64,000 nt of DNA from Thecamonas trahens ATCC 50062. Its lineage: Eukaryota; Protista; Apusomonadida. The notes beneath the pieces were generated by a model that searched no databases, had not been told where the DNA came from, and worked only from the letters and a program-made list of their open reading frames with translations. The DNA lies in the NCBI RefSeq assembly GCF_000142905.1, contig NW_013657677.1, forward strand, positions 609,527-673,526, in the 5' to 3' direction. Of the stretch, positions 54,830-64,000 are shown in pieces (within the stretch, counting starts at the first letter, position 1; every line of letters begins with the position of its first letter). Both the position numbers and the translations under genes were made by a program.

Positions 54830-55459
54830 TGGGCCGAGTGAGTAAAGTGGGTGAAGTGCTTGTCTATGGGGAACGTCGACCTCGCGACCGGTCCATTGGG
54901 TGCTACCGGTGACGTCATCTGGTGAAGCGACGCAGGAATCGACGCAGGAATCGACGCAGGAATGGCACGGGTAGGTGTACGATGTACTTGGCGATCGTGG
55001 TGAGGGAGAGGTGGCTAGTCTGCTGATGTAGGTTAGAGGTGGAGGGTGGGTGGGTGGGCGGGTGACGAGGTGGGGAATGATGAGATGGGGAGTGAGTGTG
55101 GCTCGAGGCGGGCAGCCCCGGCGGGGTATCGTGGGGCAGGCAGGCAAGCTCGACGCTGCTGGCAGCAATGTCGGCAGCTGGCAACTTCGTGGACGGACAC
55201 ACGCACTCGCGGCACACACACACACACACGCATGTATATATATATATAAATATGTATGTGCATACACCTATCTCTGAGCACACATACCATACATACCGCA
55301 TTGTGGGGGAGTGTTGTGACATAGTTCAGGAATCGTATGCGGGCTCGGACCAATCGGCGTCATACTCGCGATGGTGCAGTGCGGTTGCCGAGGGCGGAGA
55401 CCACATTGGGCTTTGGGAGCGGAGGCCAGGGCACGGCCATGACACTCGCGCAGAGGAGA

Positions 55460-58250
55460 ATGTCTGCAGCAGAGGTAGGTAGAAGGTGGTAGGAGGTGGT
55501 AGGAGAGGAGGGAGAGGAGGGAGGGAGGGAGGGAGGGAGGGCGTTGTCACTCATGGGCGTGGTGGTCGTGGTTCGACAGCCGACGCGGGTGCCGGGTCCA
55601 TCTCGGTCCGAGTCGAGGTTGGCATCATTGCGATCACAGGGGAACATCGGCCCGGGCAGCAGACGGAGTCGGAGCCGGTCGTCGTCGTTGATGCGACACT
55701 CCTCGGTGGCTGTGCCTGGTACGCGCAAGGCGTCGCTGGCGCCGCAAGTAGCGACGATGCGGCATGGCGGGGTGAGCACGACGTCGCTGGCAGGCCTGGG
55801 TGCCACCGCAACGAGCATGGCGGGTGGAGTGGGGGGCGGCACGGGTGCCGTCGGTGGGGACGATAGCATGCCGCTGCCGCTTCAGGGAGATCTGCGGATG
55901 AAGCGGAAGAAGCGGCTTGGCAAGTCGTGGGCGACGCGGCATGTCAAGGTCGAGGGCTCGTCGCTGATGGTATTCAAGAACATGCACGCGTTCGATCCGA
56001 TGGAGCAGGTGGCACTTGTCTCGATCGAGGCTGTGCGCGAAGCGCACGAGCTCGAAGGCATCTCATTTAAGAACCAGATGCGCTGTCTGGAGGTGGCAGT
56101 GAACGACGGCCGCAAGCTGTACTTTGTCGCGCTGTCGGTGAGCGATAAGCGCAAATGGATCGACGGCCTCAACGCGTGGGTCTCCTACGCCAAACTCCGC
56201 TCGGCCGTAGAAGAAGAGGCCGACCCAGAGCACGTGGCCCAGCTTGTAGAGCAGGGCGTCGATCTGGCAAAGCTCACTCCCGAGCTCCGCGCCAAGGTCA
56301 AAGCCACGCTGAAGACCCACAGATGGGAGGAGTACTACGTGTGGGTCGACCAGTGGGGCGTCGAGCACGAGCTTGCTGCAGAAGACATCGACTTTTCCCG
56401 CGTCAAGGTGGTGGCTGCCGGGCCGCAGTCTTCTGGCCTGCCACTCTCGCGGACCCAGTCGCTTGAGTCGGACCGCAACTCGGTGACCGACGGCGGTCAT
56501 CTCAGCTCGTTCTCATCGTCAGACCGCTCGTTGCGCTCACACTTGCGCGGCGGCAGCAGCTCGTCGTCGCACGGCTCGTCGTCGAGCGCAAGTGTGGCGG
56601 ATGGAGCGTCAGGCTCCTCGTCGTACGAGTCATACGTGGAGGTGTGGGAGGAGTGGGACGAGTGGGAGTCGGCATCGGACGACTCGGCGGTGGTCGGCAC
56701 CGAGTACCTGGCGAGTCTGCTCGGTACTTTTCCGCACTCGGCCGGCAAGTTCCACGGCGGGCTCAAGTGTGAGCGGCTTCGTGCTGTGTACCGACTGGTG
56801 GACGAGCTCGCCCGTGTGCGGTACGCGCCCAACCCACTGCCTGTGACGGTCTCGCCTGATGCAGTATGGGTCAAGGCGCGGCTGAGCGGCGAGATCATTT
56901 ACTCACAGGTCGAGCTCCCGCATTCGGCGCTTGCCTCGTACGGTGCGGTGGTGACGACGCTCCTGGCTGGGCTAGCCGCCGATGACGACGGCGGCGGCGC
57001 GAGCTCCAGTCTCACCCTCGGCGACGTCTTTGCCCTCGTCCGGGTCGACGGCGACGATCGGGTCCGGGTCACCAAGCGGACGCTGCACCTCGTCCGCAGC
57101 GGCGATCGGCTCGAGCTCGTCCTGCACAGCTCGCGGCTGGCCGAGCACTACCGCAACCCGCGGGCGCGCAACTCTGTCGAGTCGCTCCCAGACCGGCCGG
57201 TCGGCTACTACAAGGAGCTGTGGCGGACCATTGTGCGCAAGGGTACGTGGATGAAGCTGACAGAGTGGCGGCCGTCGGCGTCGCAGCGGTGGGGGCAGAT
57301 TGCGCAGCTGGCGTGGAAGGCCGTCGCCAAGTCGGCATGGCACGAGATCTCGAACCAGCTCGGCGAGTCGATGGCCGAGGTCGAGAGCGGCGATGAGAGC
57401 GAGCCTGAGGCCCACGCAGAGCTGGAGGCCGAGCTCTTGGCCAAGGCCTTTGATGGCGACGGGCTAGACGATGTGCACAGCGAGAAGAACCCGCTGATGG
57501 CCCACGGGCTCGAGGCCACCGGCTGGCATCACGTCTTTGCGCGTCTTGAAGCCAACATCACCGGCAAAGCTCCGGTCCCGGGACTAGGCCTCTACCGCGA
57601 GTCGTTTATCGACAAAAGCTACCAACCCAAGCCCTGGCTCGAACTGCACAACTCGCAGTGGGGCGAGGTCCACGAGATGCTCAAACTTGCGAAGGACTCG
57701 TCGGGCCTTCCACACTCGGTCTCTGACTCGGACGACGGCTTGGACAACCACACTGGTGCTTCGACTCAGCCAATCATCATCCTGCACGACGACAGTGACT
57801 TGGACGCGGAATCAGACTCGGACGACGCTTCCGAGCTCGCCGGCGTGGCGTCGGATGCGTCCGAAGGCTACTTTTCGCTTGTCCACAAGGTCGGGACTAC
57901 TGGCGAGCTGCATGACCCTGAGACCGACGGCGAGCTGCCTATTCTTATGCCCGAAGAGCGCGCCGCTGCCGAACGGGTTCTCCGCCGTTGGGGCAACGCC
58001 CGGTTGCGCTCGATCGTTGCCGCCTCCTTCCGCAGAGGTACCGCCCTCCGCCCGGGATCCAAGTGGGCGCTCCTCCGCAGCCTTGGTGCCCGTGGTGTCC
58101 TTCATCGGCTTCAAGCCGGAAAGAAAAGGCAAGGAAGAGGAGGACGACGAGGATGGCGGCAAGATGAGTGATGACGGCGGGTCGTCGTCGTCATCGGCAT
58201 CGTCGTCGTCGGCGTCGTCGTCGTCGGCGTCGTCGTCGTCGTCGTCATAG
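55460..58250 (+). CDS. PH-domain protein; exon 55460-55474 + intron 55475-55579; probable frameshift near 58125
   Basis: LQGDLRMK..KSWATRHVKV..LYFVALSVSDKRKWIDGL PH signature; phase-0 GTAGGT..CAG intron. Confidence 0.8.
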
Positions 58251-58289
58251 CTGAGGTAAAAGAGCCAGTGGGAAGAGGACGGAATATGT

Positions 58290-58898
58290 TTAGAGGTCAA
58301 CCTTGAAACCGCGCGGGCGGAGGCGGGCGGGGATCTTGCCCGACGCGTCCTCGAGCTCCTGGTCGGCACCGACGCAGGCAAGGATCTGGACCATCTCGGC
58401 CCGGCCAAACTCGTAGGCCCAGTGCAGGGCTGTGCGACCGTCTTCAGCAGCAACAAAGGCCGCGCACTGGTTCCGCAAAAGCGACAGAAGCCATCCATGT
58501 CATCAGAAGAGATGGTCTGCCACAGCTGGGTGGTAAGCGGCGTGTTCTCGCGCGCCTCGACAAGATCAGCAGAGCACAGGTCTTCGGCCGACATCACCGG
58601 GTCGCCGCCGCATCCACAGAGCCCATCCAGCAGCGGAGCCTCGTCAACGACATCACCTGCGCCAACGTCGCCATTATCAGCCTCGAGCTCGAACAGATCC
58701 TCATCGATATCGTCTGCGGCGGGAAAGGGTAGGGCGTGAGTGGAGAAGCCGGGCACGGGAGGGGGAGGGGGAGGGGAGGGGAGGGGAGGGGAGGGACGTA
58801 CAGTCTTCGTCGTCGTCCGACTGAGCGTTGACACGCGTGAAGCTCGCGAGGAGAATTACGGCGGTAGCAAGGAGGACAACCCACGTGCGAGTCTGCAT
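58290..58898 (-). CDS. Small secretory-pathway ankyrin-repeat protein; intron 58801-58714; frameshift near 58490
   Basis: Signal peptide MQTRTWVVLLATAVILLASFTRVNA, acidic tract, CGC, DGRTALHWAYEFGRAEMVQIL..GAD..D.SGKIP, C-terminal KVDL. Confidence 0.78.
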
Positions 58899-59524
58899 AG
58901 TGGCAAAGGGGTGAGAAGTGTGTGTGTTTGGGGAGAGAGAGGGGGGAGGGGGGGGGGGGGGGGGGGGCGACGGGGGGCAACGATGGTTTGGCAAGCGGTA
59001 GTTGTGAGGTCAGGTTCAGGTGCTGGTGTGAGGGTTTGCGGTAGGATCGGGGTGAGTAGAGAGGATCGGAGCGCAACGGGAAGAAGAGAGGGGGGAGGAA
59101 AGTAGGGATGGACTGATGTCGAGGCGATGAGAGCAGCGAGGAGAGTCAGGATGAGGCGGGTGGCTTGAGGCGTGTCCGTGCAGGACTGATCAAAGAAATT
59201 TTTGAGTTGCACCTACTATGGCACGAGAACAAGATCCGGTGTAAAACATGAGATTGCATAGACGGAGCATTTGGGCGAGGGTATAGATGAGCACGACAGA
59301 AAGCTGTTGTGCAGGTGCGGCGAGTGGATGTGAAGCAGATCGCTGATGCGGGGGCTATATTTGCGGAGCTCGGCGGTGTAGAAAAACCGTGTCCCGTGAG
59401 CCAACAGACCAACGGGCAGCAGACAGCCGAGCAAACGGGCAATTTGGGCAGGTGACCCGACGAGGAGGGTAAGGGAAGGTTGTGCGACACGTCACTCTGC
59501 CACGAAAGTGCAACAAGGGCAAGG

Positions 59525-60403
59525 ATGAGCAGTGGCAGACGTAGTGGCGGTGGTACACACCACCCGCGAGTGGTGCGGAGCGGGGCAGAGGCGCTGAGGG
59601 CGACGGCGGCGAGTGCGGCTGCTGGCGACGTCGGCGCACCGCCGCCGGGTGCACCGACCAACCAAAACCGGTTTGCGTGGACGGCTGCAGCGCCGCCGAC
59701 ATCTTCGGCATCGTCGCCGGTGCCTGCCCGTCAGCGGACGCTGGGAATTGGCCCGTTCACGGCGTCGGTGCGGCGGCTGGAGCCGCAGGCTAAGGTGGCG
59801 CAGGCGACGACGGCGGCGGATGCGGCGGCAGCCGAGACCGAGGCCGAGGCGCTGGTAGCTGCTGCTGCAGCGGCCGACAACGTGGTGGCCGAGGCGATCC
59901 GCGAGGGTGCGCGGCCGACGACCCGGGTCATTGCGCCGTACGGACGGCCTGCATCGAGCGGGCGGCGGCGGCGGCGGCGGCCGGCAGCGGATGCTCACCT
60001 GCAGCAGCCGCGGCCGGTGTCGCGCAACCGCAAGCATCAGCCTGGCGAGCCGCGGGCACTGTCTAAGGGCTTTGGCGCTGCGTATGGCATCCGCGAGTCG
60101 CTCAAGCAATACGGCGTCCAGCAGCTGTCACGACCGCAGTCGGCGCCCGGCCGGACCCGCAGGGTGCCCGACGAGGCACTGGCCGGCGAGCCGCCGTTTG
60201 TCCACACCATCCAGTACATCGGCCACAACGGCGCCGAGTCGCACAGGGTCAACCCGCGGCTCTCGACGCGGCTTCCGCGCCAGAAGCCGCGCTCCAAGTT
60301 TGCGTACGCCAAGAACGCCACGTCGCGCAGGCCGTCATCAGCCTGGTTCGCCTACCCCGCACCAGGCTCGCTCGTCCCGCACGCCCGGCCCGCCTGGCAC
60401 TAG
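59525..60403 (+). CDS. Hypothetical basic, disordered protein
   Basis: ATG-started ORF convergent with the next gene; no domain recognised. Confidence 0.55.
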   Translation: MSSGRRSGGGTHHPRVVRSGAEALRATAASAAAGDVGAPPPGAPTNQNRFAWTAAAPPTSSASSPVPARQRTLGIGPFTASVRRLEPQAKVAQATTAADAAAAETEAEALVAAAAAADNVVAEAIREGARPTTRVIAPYGRPASSGRRRRRRPAADAHLQQPRPVSRNRKHQPGEPRALSKGFGAAYGIRESLKQYGVQQLSRPQSAPGRTRRVPDEALAGEPPFVHTIQYIGHNGAESHRVNPRLSTRLPRQKPRSKFAYAKNATSRRPSSAWFAYPAPGSLVPHARPAWH

Positions 60404-60451
60404 CTGCGCGGTGCCCTGGGCCCGTTCATCGAGACAAGGCCTTGCTAAACT

Positions 60452-62032
60452 TTACACGTAGAGAGTGATGCTGCGTACAGTGCCTTGCTCCGCGCCGTAG
60501 CTGAGCTCGGCTGCGGTGTCAGCGGCGAAGAGAGCCTCGGCACCCTCGTCGGGCAGCGGAGCCGGCGGCGGGACCGACGGGCGACAGTCTTCAGCAGCCT
60601 CTTCGAGAGCGTCTGGCCCGGTCCGCTTGCGGAGCGCCCTAGCAGCAGCAGCCCGCGCCGCAATCACATTTTGCCCGACGTGCGGCGCCGTGTTCCGCCG
60701 CAGCAGCACCGACTCGGGCACTCCAAGGTCCAAGTGGGTGGCGCGGGTGGCACGGATGCGAGCAATGCGAGCGCCGAGGCCCTCTTGCGCGGCGGGCGGT
60801 GCTGGACTCGGAGACGACGATGTCTTTGGCAGCGGCGGCGGCGCCTCGAGCGCCGGCATGTCGTCGACGTCGCTTTCGCCAGTGGCAGCCTCGTCATCGA
60901 CGTCCAGCAACGAAGCATCGAGCTCAAAGTCGCACGTCCGCATGTCAATGTCGAGCTCGTCGACAATGTTGGCCAACTCGCGCGCAGTTGTCCGCCGCTC
61001 GCCACGAAGTTGGTTTGGGTGCTGTTCGCTGAGGGCAGCGACGCGGGTCATGGCATCGGCCTCGGTCAGATGCTCGTCGCCAAAGGAGCGCACAACCTCA
61101 GACTCGACAACAAGCGCCAGCTCGTCAACCGAGTCCATCGAGTCGTACCGCGGCCGGGAGCCACCGTCGGTTGTTGGCGACACCGCGTATGCAAAGGCCT
61201 CGGTCCGCGGGCGAGTCCGCGAACCTGGCGGCGGCCGCGGCGCCGGGCGGTTCGGCCGCACCTTGAGCGAGGTTGGCGAGGTTGGCGAAGTTGGCGAAGC
61301 CGGGGCGGCGCCAAGGCTCTCCGGCGAGGTCGGCGTCGGAGCTGTCTGCAGCTTGCGGCGGGTGACCGAGAGCGATGAGACCATGACCGATGAGCGCTTT
61401 GTGGTCTTTGCGCGGGCGCGGGCGCGGTCGGCAAGCGACTTGGGCGCTACACGCTTGCTCTTCGCGCGAGCAGCAAGTGCGTCACCGCGGGCGGCCTTAA
61501 GCGATGCGCTGCCGTGGGTAAGCGCGCGGCCTGACGTTCGGCGCGGCGGCTTGTCGGTGCGATCAACCGGCGGCGGCTTGGTTGGTAGACCACCCTGCGG
61601 CTTGCTAGAGCGATCAAGCGGCGGCGGAGTGTCTCTTGTGAGTGGTGCGGATTCTGCATGCGTCGTTGTGGCCGTAATGACCGGCGGTGGCGTTGTGAGC
61701 GCCGCCTGAGGCGCGACCTTGGCCGCTAGCAGGCGCACCGTGGCGGCGACAACTTCGAGTGGAGAGTCGCGAAAGGCAGGCTCACGGAGGACGTCTTGAG
61801 CAAGATCAGCCCATACTAAAGGGTCAAGAGCCAGAGTAGGCCTTGTGTCGCCAGTACTATGCGATTGTGCGGCGCTCACCACGGCTTGCACGACAGCTGC
61901 AGCTGGCGGAGGGGAGCGGTCGCCCGCAGCCGGCTCGGCGGCAGCATGGAGCAGAGCGAGGGAGAGACCGGCAAGGCCATGGGAGGACTGTAAAGAAGCC
62001 AGAGCGGAATTGGCATCCCATGGGTCGCTCAT
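60452..62032 (-). CDS. Hypothetical Pro-rich protein (PPPLDRSSKP / PPPVDRTDKP, RPAPRPP SH3-ligand-like motifs)
   Basis: Long ORF from MSDPWDAN, mostly disordered. Confidence 0.6.
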   Translation of the reverse strand: MSDPWDANSALASLQSSHGLAGLSLALLHAAAEPAAGDRSPPPAAAVVQAVVSAAQSHSTGDTRPTLALDPLVWADLAQDVLREPAFRDSPLEVVAATVRLLAAKVAPQAALTTPPPVITATTTHAESAPLTRDTPPPLDRSSKPQGGLPTKPPPVDRTDKPPRRTSGRALTHGSASLKAARGDALAARAKSKRVAPKSLADRARARAKTTKRSSVMVSSLSVTRRKLQTAPTPTSPESLGAAPASPTSPTSPTSLKVRPNRPAPRPPPGSRTRPRTEAFAYAVSPTTDGGSRPRYDSMDSVDELALVVESEVVRSFGDEHLTEADAMTRVAALSEQHPNQLRGERRTTARELANIVDELDIDMRTCDFELDASLLDVDDEAATGESDVDDMPALEAPPPLPKTSSSPSPAPPAAQEGLGARIARIRATRATHLDLGVPESVLLRRNTAPHVGQNVIAARAAAARALRKRTGPDALEEAAEDCRPSVPPPAPLPDEGAEALFAADTAAELSYGAEQGTVRSITLYV

Positions 62033-62489
62033 GGGGAGGTTGAGGGGTGGGGAGCTGGATAGAGGGAGAGGTGTGGTTGGGGGAGGGAGGGGGGCGGAGG
62101 GGGGGTGCGGGGGGTGGGGAGACGGCGGCGGCACAGAGGCATGCTGCAGAACGACTCACATACTCGTCGTCAATACATGCAGAGCGGACGTATGGCTAGT
62201 GTTCATGTAGAGATTAAGGCCAAACGTGTTGCGCGGACTTGTATGAGCGAGCAGAGGCGGTAGAGCGAGTTGCCGAGGAAGGTGCCTGTGGGCAAGCGCG
62301 GGGCTGTGGTGGGCGCGAGGCTGGTCAAGCTGGAGAAGGACATGTGAGCGTCTCCAGTGCGGAGGAGGGGGATGCATCCTGAGATGGAGGAGGTACTGAA
62401 CTGGAAGTTGGTGTCGGCTGAGGGAAAGATGATGCTGTCCGGGTGGTTCTCGGTTGACGAGGTGAGGGCGATCTGGGTTGTGTTGGCGA

Positions 62490-62736
62490 CCGGCGGCGAG
62501 GAGGTGCTGGACGAGATGCGACAGCTGAAGAAAGGGGGAAGGGGATGGGCGGACGGTGTCGCCGTTCAAGGGTTCGTGGAACGTGGATCCGCGGACAGAG
62601 GCAGCTGTGCAGGCGGAGATGGGAAGGGCGGTGCATCGTGGGGATCGGCTGGCCGGGCCGGAAGGGGTAGCGTCGCTTGCGCCTCGGCTGGACGAGTATC
62701 TGGTGGAGGGGAGGCCGATGAGGGTGGTGCTGGACA
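62490..62736 (+). repeat. Diverged direct repeat copy 1 (coding-like, within a frameshifted ORF ~62372-62969)
   Basis: Collinear with 63434-63679 (ccggcggcgaggaggtgctggacgag..gccgttcaagggttcgtggaac..gatgagggtggtgctggaca). Confidence 0.9.
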
Positions 62737-63433
62737 AGAATGCGGGAATACATCCTGATTTCACGGATGTGTTCTACAAGTCGCTGCATTCTGGCTGGTA
62801 TGCTGTGCGCAAGCTGGAGGTTGTGGCGCATCTGCTTGTCCAGTCTGTGCTGAACGGGAGCCCGCTGGATGGTGATGTGGACACGCAAGTGAGCGAAAGT
62901 CGATGGGAGGGGGAGATACCTGCTGTGGATTCGCGGGATGTGGAAGAGCAGGCGAAGAGCTGGCGCTGAGCGAGGCCGAGCGGGAGGCCAAGCGGACAGA
63001 GTACGCTGCTGCTGCGGCGGAACGGGTTACGAAGCGAGGGACAGCGACAACGAGTGGCTTGGATGGGAGGGTGGAGGTGTGTGATGGCGATCCGCGGGTG
63101 ATGGGGCTGTCGCGGGCTATGGAGATGTGGTCGTATGGGGCGGGACTAGGGGATCGGTGGCCTGTTGGTGAGTGGAGCAGGGTGACGCTGGATGGGTTTG
63201 AGGTCGATGGAGCCAAGCTGAGCGCGAGCTTGATGAAGGAGTATGGACGGCATCCGATGGATCCGAGCGCGGTGTGTTATCGTGTTAGGGCTGACGGACA
63301 GAGATGCGGGGCGTATTGGTTGCGGACGGCCTCGCGCAGCGCCTTGCGCAGCATGTTGCGGAGGAAGGTGATGTTGCCGATGGCGACGACCGGACGTGGC
63401 GGAAGAGATAGCGACGTCGAGCGGGTATCTGGG

Positions 63434-63679
63434 CCGGCGGCGAGGAGGTGCTGGACGAGCTGCAGCAGCTAAAGAAAAGAGGAAGGGGGATGAGCGGACA
63501 GTGGCGCCGTTCAAGGGTTCGTGGAACATGGATCCACGGGCGGAGGCAGGTGTGGGCGGAGATGGGGATGTCCGTGCATCGTCGGGATCGGCTGGCTGGG
63601 CCGGAAGGGTTGGCGCCGCTTGCGCCTCGGCTGGACGGGTACGTGGTGAAGGGGAGGCCGATGAGGGTGGTGCTGGACA
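63434..63679 (+). repeat. Diverged direct repeat copy 2 (more decayed)
   Basis: As for copy 1; extra indels break the frame. Confidence 0.9.
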
Positions 63680-63680
63680 C

Positions 63681-64000
63681 TCACTTTGGCGGAGTGGTGG
63701 GTGGCGACAACGACGCCTTGGGGCTAGGATCGAGCTGTACCTCAAGTCTCGTGTCGAGCGGGATGCCCACGAGCGCAGAGAGCGCAGCGGTGCACCACTG
63801 CGACCCGTCGCCGTCGAACCGCCCGATCCCCCGTGTCGCCTTCCACATCTCGCGGCAGTAGTGCGTCTCGGGCACCGCGTCCAAGGCAACGGCTCCGTGC
63901 AAGGCACCCGCCAGCAGGCCGCTGTCCTGGTACAGTCTGCTCGAGGAGAGCCTTGACAGCAAACACGTCATGGACGGGCGGCCATGGGCAGGTTGCCCTT
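63681..64000 (-). CDS. Possible 3' end of a hypothetical gene entering from the right edge
   Basis: Frame open from the window end to the stop at 63681; no motif. Confidence 0.3.
   Translation of the reverse strand, partial: GQPAHGRPSMTCLLSRLSSSRLYQDSGLLAGALHGAVALDAVPETHYCREMWKATRGIGRFDGDGSQWCTAALSALVGIPLDTRLEVQLDPSPKASLSPPTTPPK

Noticed and set aside
12400-58500. More than 10 frameshifts inside conserved genes (TMEM115, Rieske, F-box, PRP38, receptor kinase, selD, ankyrin, PH) as programmed frameshifting, RNA editing or pseudogenisation
   Set aside because: Those I could localise are 1-2 nt changes in short homopolymers, including in essential genes, with no shared slippery motif. Draft-assembly error is the simplest explanation; raw reads would settle it.
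1-64000. Bacterial contamination suggested by panC, lpxK, selD and the Rieske gene; tRNA/rRNA genes
   Set aside because: Those genes are interleaved with spliced eukaryote-specific genes, and two carry introns. No tRNA or rRNA was recognisable by eye (tRNAscan-SE not run).

Overview
Gene-dense, GC-rich eukaryotic (protist) nuclear DNA from a draft assembly with 4 N-gaps. Many short indels, mostly single-base homopolymer errors, split ORFs. Compactness, gene content and intron style suggest an apusomonad such as Thecamonas trahens (inference, not verified). About 30 protein-coding genes can be read, many with one 5'-proximal GTAYGY..AG intron that the ORF track misses. Recognisable genes: GSAP/pigeon homolog, BiP, PanC, HGSNAT-like, TMEM181, Nudix CoA-pyrophosphatase, TMEM115, MFS transporter, LpxK, MAPEG, EHD-like GTPase, F-box/WD40, BUD22, PRP38, Tctex1 and selenophosphate synthetase. 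Most notable: (1) a Sec-containing SelD/SPS with in-frame UGA (KG-U-GCK) and a candidate non-canonical CUGA-core type II SECIS; (2) a type I membrane protein of four tandem Cu/Zn-SOD domains that keep their Zn ligands; (3) an LpxK (lipid A pathway) with a mitochondrial-like presequence; (4) an intron-containing MBL+Rieske gene resembling actinobacterial Rv3818; (5) an EF-hand/UBL/calcineurin-A-like pseudophosphatase fusion; (6) a Kelch-EGF-TM-kinase-cyclase-like-pseudokinase receptor. All family calls come from recalled motifs; no database search was run.
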